In this document: positions 38,378 to 51,157 of the stretch, in pieces
How the letters are laid out: each line of letters starts with the position of its first letter
Numbering within the stretch: the first letter of the stretch is position 1
Source: Hypanus sabinus
Taxonomy: Eukaryota
Direction: 5' to 3'
NCBI RefSeq assembly: GCF_030144855.1
Contig: NC_082727.1
Coordinates: 36,208,001 to 36,272,000 of the forward strand
Length of the DNA: 64,000 bases
Position numbers and translations under genes: made by a program
Notes under the pieces: model-generated
Seen by the model: only the letters and a program-made list of their open reading frames with translations
Database searches by the model: none
What the model was told of the DNA's origin: nothing

Positions 38378-41300
38378 ATAAATAAATGGTTTTTGCTAAT
38401 TTGTTTGTGCTGAATATAGATGACCCAGGGCTTTTTTGAACTTTTTTTTTGCTTTTACCAGACTTAAGTTTATATTCCTTGGTTTTAGGAGTAGACTTTA
38501 AATGCTGTTTAGATCCTATCTTAGATTGGTTTTCTTCTAAACGATTGACTTGTAGTAGATCTGCCTCTTTTATCCAAACTTTTCTAATGAAATGTGATAT
38601 TGTTGATATTTGGCATTTTTGTATCTGACAGCTAAAGCATACTCATTTTTTTCTCATGTTCATCAATCGTATTCCAGTATTGATTTTTTTTATTGATAGC
38701 CAATTGATTCCACTCTTTCAATCCTATGAATATAAAGATCACACTCCTGTATTTTTATCTTTAAATCTTCTGGGTGTCTCCCAAATAAACAGATTATGGC
38801 ATTTTAATCCAATTTTGTTATCAGATAAAGATTCTTTAAAATTTCTGGAAAGGCAAATTATTCTTTTTTTTGAAGAGAATATGCTAGAAGAGACTTCTTG
38901 TCTTATTTTCTGGGATGCACTTAAGGCTTATATTAGAGGTCAAATTATTTCCTTTACCAGAAGTGTTAAGAAAAAAGCTAATAAGGAGAGAATTGAATTA
39001 GCCAATCAGTTGAAACAATTAGACCAAAACTATGCTTTGGCTCCTGATCCTGTTTTATATAAAAGAAGTGTTGAAATTAAAACTAAATACGATCTGCTTC
39101 TAACTTATCCAATGGAAATGCAAATTTTAAAAGATAAAAGTCAGTTTTATGTTCATGGAGAAAAAAAATGGGTAAACTATTAGCTAACCAATTAAGGACC
39201 TTTATAGGTAAACATCAAATTAAAGAAATTTGTCAAGCTAATGGTGATAAACCATCTGATCATTTAGAAATAAACGATACTTTCAGAGAATTTTACTCTA
39301 AACTTTATAGTCCTGATCCTCCTAAAGCTAATACTCTAATGAATAATTGTTTTTAGATCGATTAAACATTCCTACACTTTCTGATGCTATTCAAATATTG
39401 TTGGATCAACTATTTCTTATGAGGAAATTGCTGAGGTTGTTCACTCTTTGCACTTGGGGAAGGCTCCGGGTCCTGGTGGATTTTCTGGAGAGTTTTATGA
39501 GATTTTTTCCTCTTTGCTTATACCTCATTTATATTCAGTCCTTTCTGACTCTTTTAAATTAGGTAAGTTGCCACAATCTATTTATGAAACCTCTATTTTG
39601 CTTATTCTAAAAAAGCATAAGGACCCGGTTGAATGCTCTTCTTATAGACCTATTTGCTTACTTATGTTGATTCTAAAATTTTATCTAAACTGTTGGTTCA
39701 TAGGATTGAAAATATTTTGCCATCTATTATCTCTGATGATCAGACTGGATTTATCAAAAATCGATACTCCCACTTTAATATTTGTCATTTACTGAATGTT
39801 ACTTATTCTCCTTCTAAAGAGATTTCAGAAAGTGTGATACCTTTAGATGCTGAGAAAGCCTTTGATCAGGTTGAATGGAATTCTCTATTAAAAACTTCAG
39901 AAAAGTTTAACTTTGGGGGCTTTATTTTATTCAATATATGAAATTACTTTATCTATCTCCCTCTGCTTAGATTCTTACTAACTCTCAGTTCTCTAAACCA
40001 TTTAAACTTCATCGTGGAACTAGATAAGGTTGTCCTTTGAGTCCTTTACTTTTTGATTTGGTTTTAGAACCTTTAGCTATTGATTTCTGAGAATCTAATG
40101 ATATCACTGATATATTAAGGAAGAATATTACCCACAAAGTTTTGCTGTCTGCTAATGACCTTTCACTCTACATTTCTAATGTGGAGTCGTCTTTACCTTC
40201 TTACTTTCTTTACTCTTCAGCTTTTCAGGATATAATCTTAACTTTCATAAGAGTGAACTGTTTTCTTTAAATAATTTGGTATTAGTTAATAGTAACCTTC
40301 TTTTTAAAATTGTAAAAAATCATTTTACTTATTTGGGCATAACAATCACTAGGAATTATAAATTCCTTTTTAAAAGAAATTATTTTTACACTTCTGAATT
40401 ATACTAAGAAGGTACTATTAAATTGGTCACCCCCTGTCTTTATCGTTGATTGGCCGAATCAATTCTATTAAAATGAATATTTTGCCTAAATTTTTATATT
40501 TATTTCAGGCCACACTTGTTTTTATTCCTAAATCCTTTTTTGATTCTTTGGATTCTATTATATCTTCTTATATATGGAATAATAAAAATTTTCGATTAAA
40601 CAAAATTCATCTTCAAAAAGCTAAAAAGAATGGAGGTTTAGCCTTACCCACTTTTAGGTTTTATTACTGGGCAGTCAATACACGGAATCTTACGTTTTGG
40701 TTACATTAATTGAGAGGACTGTCCGGGCTAGGTTTCTTTAGAAGGTAACTCTGTTAATAAATTTTCTACCATTTCTCTTCCTGGATCCTCAGTTCCTTTA
40801 TCTTTAAGTAATTTAACTGATAATTTTGTAGTTAAACACACTTTGAGGATTTGGGTACAATTTGGAAAATATCTTGATTTATTGAGTTTTTCACTTTCCA
40901 GTCCCATTTTTCTAACTATTTTTTAAACCTTCTATGTCTGATGTAGTTTTTAAAGAGTGGAATAGATTGGGTGTTAAATGTTTTCATGATTTGTTTGTTG
41001 GAGATAGTCCCTCTTCATTTGAACAACTATCAGTTAAGTATAGTCTACCGAGAACTCACTTTTTTTGATATTTACAAATTAGAGATTTCTTGCATTCTCA
41101 AGTACATACATTTCCTAAAAGTCCATATAAAAATTTACTTGTAATAATTTTTCATTTGTAACTCTTCTATAATGCATCTATATCTAATACTTAAGGTATG
41201 TTGTTGGGAATGAGAAATATTCCTTTAGATAAAATTAAGAATCTTTGGGAACAAGATTTATGGATTTCAATTTCTGAGGACACTAGGAATGGAATTTTTA

Positions 41301-42096
41301 AATTGGTTAATATCTCATTGTTATGTGCCTATCATTCCCACCTACACCTTAAAATGGTTCATAGAGCACATATGTCTAAAGATAAGCTGTCTCATTTTTA
41401 TTTAGAGATATCCCCCTATTGTGATAGATGTAATAATGGAGAAGCTTCACTAATCCATATGTTTTGGACTTGTCCGAGGTATGAAAAACATTGGAAGGAA
41501 GTATTTCAAATTTTTTTGGTGCTTTTTAAAGTAAATTTTAAACCTAATCCTTTGACTGCTTTATTTGGTATTGTTGGAGGAAATGATAATATTGTGGAGA
41601 CACACGATTTGCATATTTTGGCCTTTATTTCTCTTATATCTAGGAGGGCATTGCTGCTTAAGTGGAAAGATGCCACTCTTCCTACTCATATTCATCAGTT
41701 ACATAATGTTATGTCTTGCTTAAATTTAGAGAAGATTCACTGTTCAATTTCTGAACCTAGACAAGATTTTTTAACATTGTGGGGACCTTTTTTGAATTAC
41801 TTTCAAAATCTTTGATTTGCTGTTAAGCACAGATGTTGGCTAATAATATGTTTTACTATATGTTAAGGAGTTTTTCCTTTTTTTTTTAACCAGACAGCTG
41901 TTTTTTTCTGGTAGTGGGTTTAGATTTTTTGTATAATAAATTTATTTCTTTTCAATTATATACTTGAATTGAATCTATATGGATATGGGGTAATTACACC
42001 TCATCTGTGATTTCAATATATTGTAATCAATATATATTATATATCTTACTTTACCCTGTATTCTTTTATGTAAGAAAGTAATAAAAATATTGAAAA
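38378..42096 (+). mobile_element. L1 LINE ORF2 (mid-EN to 3' end), degenerate
   Basis: WDALKAYIRGQII, KAPGPGGFSGEFY, DAEKAFDQVEW, GRINSIKMNILPKFLYLFQ, CDRC..GEASLIHMFWTC. AATAAA at 42080, followed by an A tail. Confidence 0.92.
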
Positions 42097-42261
42097 AAAA
42101 CTCTTTCTCCTCCATCCCTGCAGCAAAATTCCACAGCAAAACCTTTACAAGCTCCTTTTCCTCTTTCATTCATTCCTTTCTCCTCAGTCAGCCTAGTCCT
42201 GATTTCAGACATGCCTCATTGAAAAGATTCCATTCTGATTTCAAAGGTGAGCTCAATATGT

Positions 42262-42442
42262 AGCAGCCTCTCCGGACTCTGGATTTGGGGATTGCCAAAC
42301 ATTATGTGGATTTTCTGGTATAGTCTGTTTGTTGAGTGCTTTTGTGATATCATTCTGGAGGAATGTTGTTTCATTTTTTAACTGCATTGCAGTTGTGGTT
42401 TCTAAATGACAATAAACCGAAATTCAATTCAATTCAATTCAA
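42262..42442 (+). mobile_element. Short LINE/SINE 3' tail with (AATTC)n
   Basis: Ends CAATAAA...(AATTC)4. Absent from the paralogous A flank (~13480). Confidence 0.55.
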
Positions 42443-42842
42443 TGTTGTAGACTGTCTGTTCCTGAATTTTCCTATACGCTTTACTTGATCCTTTGTGCCA
42501 CTTGCTTTTACGTTAATGCCCGTGATGTCTCCAAGTCACATCTCCACTGAGCAGAACTGGTGAACGCAAGGACACAGGGAGGAGGTAGTTACAGAGTGAG
42601 AGCAAAGGTGTTGTAATAGTGGGTTAAAGTCTGAACTCTTCTGAATTGCTTGAGGCAGTGTTTGAGGAAGATAGCAAATAATTCTGAGAATCTGTGGTCC
42701 TTCAAGGTCTGTTGGAATATTATCCTAAAATCTATTAGCATGTAAAAGGATTAAAATGGATGTGTTTGAATTAACATTACTTTTTTTAAAGGTAATTGGT
42801 TATCACGACAAATCCAGTTCTCAAGGAAAAAGCAGGTTTGTC

Positions 42843-42868
42843 AGTTTTAGTTTCCAGTTTCATTTTCC
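42843..42868 (+). promoter_or_regulatory. Tandem ISREs of IFIT-B
   Basis: AGTTTTAGTTTCC (one mismatch) followed by AGTTTCATTTTCC. Confidence 0.85.
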
Positions 42869-42916
42869 ATTCCACTCTCAGTAATCAAATTTTACAACTC
42901 AGCCCAGCCCACAGAT

Positions 42917-42923
42917 TATAAAA
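42917..42923 (+). promoter_or_regulatory. TATA box of IFIT-B
   Basis: TATAAAA in the same CAGATTATAAAAG context as in A. Confidence 0.8.
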
Positions 42924-42990
42924 GCTTTCTGAGATTCTCATGTTGTACAGTCGCATAGTTTTCCTGGTCCTCTGAATCCCAAACAGCACC

Positions 42991-42995
42991 ATGAG
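42991..42995 (+). CDS. IFIT: IFIT-B coding exon 1 (ATG AG)
   Basis: GCACCATGAG|GTAAGT gives a good Kozak context and a consensus phase-2 donor. Confidence 0.9.
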
Positions 42996-44320
42996 GTAAG
43001 TGAGCCTTCTTGTTTCCATGATGTTATCAGAAGTCAGGGCATTCTCAGAAAAAGTCAGAAGTGTTGGCATGGATGACCAGATCAGTGAAATTTAATGTAA
43101 TCCGTGTCTGGATCTGCCGACATCTGGGAAAGGAGTTTGTGATCACTTAGGGTGTAGGGTCAGGGATCTGAACCCTGGTTTGTGATCTGGGAAATTTACT
43201 TGATCGTGGGAACTCAGACTACTGGGAAATAGTGGGGGAGGTCAAGAATAAGAGATCACTCACTTTATTCATCCCAGGAAATGATGATTTGAGGTAAGGT
43301 TTGTAGTCCAGGTCTTTGAAATGGAAAGAATTCAGGAGGAGAGAGAGCCCAAGAGTCAAATATATGAACATATCCTCCATTTCACGGAATCTGCATTGGA
43401 GGAAAGGCTTTTCATCATCGAGAGCATTCAGTAATAGAGAATTACATACTGAAGTTTATAGATGTCTCTAAGTGATGCAGTGAACAGAGCAGATAGGGAT
43501 TAAAAACCACAAAGTATCAATGATGGTTAATGCAAATGAGGCAACTGCAGAATCTGGAGTTCAGAGTGGGGAAATGTGGACAAGTTCAGAATGTGTAGAG
43601 GAACAGTGAAGCAGAAATAAATCATTAAACCCAGTGAATGAAAATCAAAGTGAATGGTGGGAAATGAGTCTTTAATTACAAGAAGACCTGGAAATCAAAA
43701 CTGGAGCTTTGCACTTCTTTGGTTTAATTATCTTTGGGGTTAGTTCTGATCTCCATACCTCAGTAATGATGTCTGCCAGTGGGCACGATGACAGATTGTA
43801 TAGAATATGGGATTAGCAACATTAAAATATGGTGTCAGGTTTTGCAACTGGACTGATAATTGCTTGAGTGCAAGGCATTTTGAAAAATTTTACAAAGTTT
43901 AAATAGCTTGATGAGATTGACATGGAAAGTGCATTACAACAGGCATAATCTTAACTTTAGGGCTCAACAATTTGAGGATGATGTCAGTTCACAGAATTGC
44001 AAGGAGGATATGGGGAAACTTGTTCCATTGCTTCCAACGTTTGTAGCTTCAGGCTTTGACATGAACGGTCAGTTTCTCCCCACACTCATGATCATCTCTG
44101 TCTGCATTTGGTTGGATCAGTTGCCAGCGCTATGTTCTGCAGAATTATTACATTCACCTTCGTTGCCTCCATTTCCAACAACTGAATCTGTCTTACTGAT
44201 CCACTCATGCTCTTTCTCAGTTTATGATTCTCTGCACACACATTGGGTTCAGATCCCCTTTGTAATGTTCCTATTATCACCTACTAGTCCTGGTCTCACC
44301 ACTTCCTCTGACTACTATAT

Positions 44321-44775
44321 TGTAGTGGCGCGCAAGGCGCTACAAAAGGAACACACAGAGGCAGAGAGAGCTGTGGTGAACTACATATACCTGTCTGGAC
44401 AGGCCCCTCTGCTGACTGCTCCTGTGGCTCCTCCCACTTCTCCCTGTATAAAGGCGGTTGGAGGCACTGCTCCCCCCTCAATGTCCAGGATGTTGTGTGG
44501 TGGTCTTTTGCTACTAATCGTGGTTTCTTGCAGCTAATAAAAGCCTATCGTTCGCCTCCCATCTCTGAGAGTTATTGATGGTGCATCAAGAGCTGAACTC
44601 GGAATGGTTTTACTGAATCAAACTCGCGCGCTTAAAACCTCCTTCCCATAGGCCCCTGCGAACAGCGGGGCAGACGTGACGTCAGACCGTCCCCGGAAGG
44701 TCCGCCCCGAGTGGGTCATGCGTCTGCTCGCAGCTTCCGATGGCATTTCGAGCCCCGTGTGTGTGCACTGCCACA
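44321..44775 (-). mobile_element. Solo LTR in the IFIT-B intron (hosts a second solo LTR)
   Basis: TGTAGTGG...CTGCCACA termini, CpG-rich, possible 4-bp TSD ATAT/GTAT. Confidence 0.6.
44372..44588 (+). mobile_element. 217-bp solo LTR nested in the previous one
   Basis: TG...CA termini, perfect 5-bp TSD AGAGC (44367-71 / 44589-93), internal TATAAA and AATAAA. Confidence 0.8.
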
Positions 44776-45181
44776 GTATACAGTTTACCTTCCCTCTACC
44801 CCTTAGATCTGATAATGACCATTCCTTTAACTCCACAGCACTTGACCTGTGGATTTTCTTCAGCAGATCTTTTTTTTTGCTCCAGATTTAATCATCTGCA
44901 GTCTCGTAAACATCTATCGTCTTTACCCTATTTTTCACAATTCCCTACACTGAGGAGGAATTATCCTAGATCTCCCAGTCTTGTCCTACCGCTAGTTATT
45001 GCATTGGACTCTCCTGAGCCAGAAGTCTTTTCACGGACTTGTCTATGACAGTACCAAGCATTAAATACTGTTGTTTTCATTTTACTCTTAACACTTTTAC
45101 AATTGTTTGTCCAATTTGCTGTGTTGTCGGCATTGCAGAAACAGTTTAAAGTCTAAGCTGAGTTCATTGCAGAAGAGCAAA

Positions 45182-45695
45182 CACTGAGCGGCCACTTTAT
45201 TTAATACAACTGCTCTTTAATGTTAGTATATAATCATCCAATAATGTGGCAGCAACTAAATGCATAAAAACATGCAGACATGTTCAAGAGGTTCAGGTAT
45301 TGCTCAGACCTATGATCAGAATGTGATCTAAGTGACTTAGTGCAATGATTGTTGGTGCCAGACAGAATGGTTTGTGATTCTCAGAAACTGCTGACCTCCT
45401 GGGATTTTCAAGCACAGCAGTCTTGAGAATTTACAGAGAACAGTGCAAAAAATGAAAAAAAAATCCAATCAGCAGAAGTTGAATGGGTGAAAAAACCTTG
45501 TTAATGCGAGAGATCAGAGGAGAATGGCCAGCGAGCATTGAGCTGACAGGAAGGTGACTGTAACACAGATAAACCCATGTTGCAAAAGTGGTGTGATTTT
45601 GAAGTGCATTGGCAACAAAGACAGAAGACCACAAACAATCACTCAGTGGCTACTTTATTATGTACAGGCGGTATCGAGTAAAGTTGCACTGAGTG
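45182..45695. mobile_element. Tc1-derived non-autonomous element in the IFIT-B intron
   Basis: TIRs CACTGAGCGGCCACTTTAT / TAAAGTTGCACTGAGTG; shared with the A intron. Confidence 0.7.
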
Positions 45696-46647
45696 AATAT
45701 GCTCAGGTGAAATGAAGAAGTTACTTGCAGCAGCGTCACAGTCACATAGCATCACATAAGGAGCATTCACAGAGAGAAACATAAATCTAAACTATACACA
45801 ATTCTTACAAGACAGAAGATAATTATAACACAAATAAACTAAACCCATTTTAGTGCAAAGCACTCAGAATTTTAAACAAGAGTGATGAAAGTTATGCTGA
45901 CTGGTCCAAGAACTGAATGGTTAAAGGGAAATAGCTGTTCTTGAATGTGATGATGCGGTATTCCAGGCTTCTATACCTTCTAACTGATGGTAGTTGTGAC
46001 AACATGGCATGTCCCAGATGATGGATCTTCTTGACTTAAACTGGTTACCCATGGTGTTTTCATAGCATCAGCAGCAGCTTTAGGCTCTTCTTTGAGACTT
46101 CTGTTCACAGATTTTTCATTAGTTTTTTTGTCTGATGATGGGTTTCATCATCTCTGGCTAATCAGCCTTGCTACTAATTGCTTCTGAAATTTGCCAGCCA
46201 TGTATTCAGGTAGAGAACTAACTGACTGACATGGTGCCACAAAGTTGTTTTTTTCCATTCCTTTTCCCAGCTACTGTGTTAATGATCTGCTGGACTGGCC
46301 CAATCCTTAAATGACAAATTGGAATGTAAATATATCCTGCTCTCTTTCTTAATTTAAAACACATTCAGCTAGCATAGTCAGAACACAGTAATTATTTTAA
46401 TCTGGCTATCTCGGTTTATTGTTTGGTATTTCTAGAACCAAGACTGTTTCCCACTGGGCTAATCACCATCTGGTAGATACTGATTTGATCAGGAAGGGAT
46501 TGATCTGTTCTGCACCCATTGCTCTCTGACTATGCTGCACCTCAGGAATTCAGAATTTACTAATATTGTCAATCCAAGCATTTAGCAGTTAGGATGGAGA
46601 ATCAATATCACATCAATAATCTTTGATTACTTTGTGCTTGAATGCAG

Positions 46648-48097
46648 CAACACTCTGAAGGAATCCTTGTTTGAGAAACTCCGACAGTTTCAATGTCACT
46701 TCACATGGGTTCCAGAGAATGACAACACTGACTTCAGTGACTTGAAGCTGAGATTACAAGATTCTATAAAACTTGGTGTAAAATATCAAGCCACATCCTA
46801 CAACCATCTTGCTTTTGTAAACTGTCAGCAAGGTGACTATGAAGAAGCAATTCAAAATTTAAAGGAAGCTGAAAAGATATGGAGAGAGAACCACAAAGAT
46901 GACTTTGAAAGAAGAAGCATCATCACCTATGGAAACTTTGCCTGGGTGCATTACCACATGGGAGAACTGACTGAGGCCCAGTCCTATCTCGACAAGCTGG
47001 AGATGATCTGTAAACCGCTCAGTGATGGCCTTCGCTATACAGCAATGATACCCCAGGTGTACGGGGAGAAGGGATGGTCATTGTTGAGTTCTGCTGCTGA
47101 ATACTATGAGGAGGCAAAGGAATGTTTTGAGAAGGCTCTGCAGGACGATTCTGATAACGTGGAGTGGACTATGGGCTATGCAACTGCTTTGCTTCGTCTG
47201 GAAGGTATTTCTGGTGTTCCAAAGAATCAGGAGCGAAGTCAGCCAGTGAAGTATCTGCGACGGGTGCTGGAGCTTGACCCAGATGACACGGTGGCCATGG
47301 TTATGTTGGCCCTAAAACTGCAAGAGTTCAAGGAAACAGAGAAAGCAAATGAATTAATTGAAAAAGCATTGAGGAAGACCCCAGGTCTGCCATATGTGCT
47401 TCGTTATGCAGCAAAGTTTTACAGAATAGGAGGAGATCTTGATAGAGCAATAGGCCTGTTGAAGGCAGCTTTAGAATTTACTCCATGCTCATCCTTCTTA
47501 CACCACCAAGTCGGTATGTGTTACAGAGAAAAACTGTTCAGACTGAAAAAGAAAGCAGACTGCAACCATCCTGACAGATCTGCATTTCAACAGAAAGCTA
47601 AGTTGATCAGTAAGTGTAAATATCACTTTGAAAAGGCATTTGATCTCAAACCATCATTTACTTTTGCAAAATTGGATTTTGCAGGAATCTGCTTGGAAAA
47701 TGGAGAAGTAGACCGAGCAGAGGAGATCTACAACAGTCTGCTGAGCTTGACGGATCTTGCTTCAGATCATAAGCAGGCAGTAGCTTTACAAGTTGGATTG
47801 TTTGAACTGCACCACAAAAGATCTGAATCAAATGCCATCGTCTATTTCCTGGACGGACTTAAAATCCATCATGGAAGTAAACAATGGAAGCTCTGTGACA
47901 GTAACTTGAGGAAGATCTTTAAAAAACAAATTAAGAGGAATCCAAGAAACAGCAAAGCCTTTGGTGTTCTTGGAATGGTGCACCAGCTGGCTGGGGAGAA
48001 GGATGAGGCTGTTAAATGCTTTGAAAAGGCCTTGGAATTTGATCCTGGAAATGAAGAATATCTCAATGCTCTGTGTGAATTACACCCTTCTAATTAG
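46648..48097 (+). CDS. IFIT: IFIT-B exon 2: interferon-induced protein with tetratricopeptide repeats (IFIT5/IFIT1-like), 484 aa spliced
   Basis: Acceptor GAATGCAG|C. QFQCHFTW, TYGNFAWVHYHMG, PYVLRYAAKFYR, FLHHQVGMCYR. Intact ORF to TAA. Confidence 0.95.
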
Positions 48098-50987
48098 GCT
48101 CTAGTTACCCAAACTGATCCGGGGGTACACTGACTGTGGAAAGTCTTTCCTCAACCATTTTTAGCTGCTAGAGTTGTCTGATATTATGTGCAGTACATTA
48201 ATAGAAACACATTTAATTCATGTTTCATTTGTGATCTTCTGTAGGCTTTCTGCTGAATATTGTGACCATACAATCTACATTGTATACCATACAGTCCCAT
48301 CAGTTCTCCAATTTCTATTTGAGATGAAGTGACACTATTTCAGGTACATCTGATGCTATGGCTAGATCAGTAGCACTAGCATGTAAACAGATCTGTAATT
48401 TCCCAGTCCATGGGTCCAATTTAATCTGGTGTTGATTGCGAGTTCACAAAATTCTAGGTAAACTGAGATTTGTGTGACAGCACCAAACAAGAAGTTTCCT
48501 TGTTAATAAAGCTTGCTCTGAAAGATAATGAAATGATTTGTAAAATTCACAAATGAGAAAGGAGAGCACTTAACACCATTGTTTCCCCAATTGAGCCATA
48601 AACAATTATAACCCAAACCCGTGGAATGTTCTGTATTCTAGTTTACACTTGTGATTGATTACTATAAACTTTCCTTAGTTTTACATTTTTTCTTTTAATA
48701 ATTGCATTCCGAGCAATTTTAATTTGCATACAAAAATATTCCAGATGAAATCTTTGCAATTTGTAGTAGTGTCTAAATGCTACATTAGAATTTGTTTACC
48801 TACCACACTAATGAGTTAAAGCTTCATGCAATTTCCAGTGAAAAGCACCAAAGCAGACTCAAAATGTTAAAAATATTAAAATATTATGCTATTAAAGCAG
48901 AAAATTCTGATAACATTTAGCAAACTGAATTTTTCAGACTGAAGATTAGGATGCTGCCTGACTTGTGTGTTTTTTTCAGAACTTGTACAGTTTTCCAATG
49001 TTTGGAGTTTTAGTCGAACATTAATTTGAAATCTTATATTCATTTATTTCTATTTCCTTTTTAATATTGTTAAATGAGCTGTAATATCAGAAACTGAATG
49101 TAAAAGTAACCAATAAAATGTTATGATTTAATTCTCCACACCTGTAGTGAAGTGTTAATGATTTTCTTGATGCATACGATTGCGAACAGTATCAGTTCAA
49201 GGAACACTTAAGGAGCTTTTACTCCAGCCTTTAGTGCTGGTAATAAAGTTAACAATTCCAATTCAGTAAGTAGAGCTGATTGTTCCCAATGTGGTTCTCC
49301 CTTCATTAAGATGCCATGCCTATCATGTAGCACATCTCATTCGGTTCATGAATATGGTCTTGCACTCGTTGTTTCCTGCCATTTGAATCCTTCTTCCCAC
49401 TCTGACCTGTTCACTGTTTCAGCAAAGCTCAATGTAAGCTTAAGGAACAACACCTCATCTTCTGGATGGCCAGATTACAACCTTCAAATCAACCAGAAGA
49501 GGGCATGTGGTGACGGGCCTTAATGGTAGATGCCACCTTCTTGAGTCACAGTCTTAGTCTTTTGTAAATATCCTCAAATGGTTGGGAGACACATGCTCAT
49601 GCTGAAGCTGACTGAATCACACACACTGTCCTCTCCACACCAGATGGTGATGCAGTCAGTAAGAATATTGTCCGCAGTATATCTGTAAAAATTTGCTTTA
49701 GTCTTTGGTGATATACCATATTTCCTCAAACTCCCAATGAAATATTGCCACTGGAGTACCTTCTTTGTAATTGCAACAACATTTTGGGCCTAGGATTGAT
49801 GTTTGGAGATGCCGACCTTCAGGAACTTGAAGCTGCTCGCCCTTTCCACTGCTTACCCCTCAGAACCTCCTTTTTGCCTGACTAGAAATGTACTCAGCAG
49901 ACGATTGAAGAGGGAGATAATTGCAAGGGAGGGGGGTTACAATAAATGTTCCTGCAATGATCCCAGTCAGGTGGCTCTTGGATTCTTGGATTCAGGGCAC
50001 TGAGTGGCTTCATGCAGGAGGAAGTGTGAAACTGTATGTGTGCCAACCAGGAAATCTCCAGATGAGTAAAGATAATTTATGTAGTAAACACGAAAGCAAA
50101 AAAAAACAGATGCTGGAAATCTGAAATAAAAATAGAAAACACTAGACAGCAGTTGTAGAAGGAGAAAAAAAGGGTTAAACTTTTTAGGGTTGAGAACAGA
50201 TGCTTTATCAGTTCTAGACCTGAAACTCTGCTTATCGTTCCGCAGTTCTGGCTCGCTGAGTTTTTCCAGCGTTTTCTGTTTTGCCTTATTCTCATTCTGC
50301 TTCTAGTTTATCAGGGGTTGTCAGCAGGAAGTGGAGTGAGATTACATAAATTTAACAGCATTTTAAGAAAGAACATGAACAGGAAAATTGCGAGTTTTCA
50401 GAAGCAGGGAAGAAAATACCAGAATTTTGAGCAGCTAGGCAAAGACACGCCTCTGCATTATGACAGTTTCTCCAATGATCCGGTAAGGGCTATGAGTTGT
50501 GGGATAAGATTCTCTTCCTTTGTTGTGGGAGGAAGGTTGCAGAAAGAATAAAGAAGGCCTGGTTGTGGAAATCAACAGCAAAGACTGATAGAGTGATAAT
50601 GACCATCAACAAGACCTTTGGATCACCACACCAATTCTGATCATCAGGTTTTGATCATAGCCCTCTGTATCCGAACTCCATCATTCTGCATGATATTAAC
50701 GTTTCCTAAAAATGTTAGTAAAATGATTATTGCTACAGTAAGTTTCATCATTTCTTCAAATGGCCATGCTGAGATGATGACTGGTTCTGGAGCTGTAGAA
50801 CCAATTTCTTCCCCTTCCATAGGTGGTGTCTGTGGTGTTTTATTTCCACTTTTTATTTCAGATTCCCAGAAAATGCATATTTTTTTATTTTAACAGTAAT
50901 GATGTGGCTGAGTTCAGATTGCACTGTAGGACCCTCTCCTTTATCAAGATCACCCATGTCCCATTACGTGGCAATTATTAAGCTAAG

Positions 50988-51157
50988 GGAGACACAACAG
51001 ATTGCAGATGCTGGAATCTGGAGCAACATAGAAAAACCTTGAGGATTTCAGCAGGTTTTCTGATAGCCCAGATGAAGGGTCTTGACCTGCAATGTAACCT
51101 GTCCATTTCCTTCCATAGATGCTGCCTGATCTGCTGAGGTCCTCCAGCTTGTGTGTT
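50988..51157 (+). mobile_element. Older Penelope-derived hairpin element
   Basis: GCAGATGCTGGAATC head, degenerate core CAGATGAAGGGTCTTGACCTGCAATGT, and ATAGATGCTGCCTGA arm; same family as 10841-11063. Confidence 0.55.

Noticed and set aside
43908-44537. 209-aa ORF in the IFIT-B intron
   Set aside because: No recognisable motifs, and it runs across unrelated LTR junctions, so it is a chance ORF.
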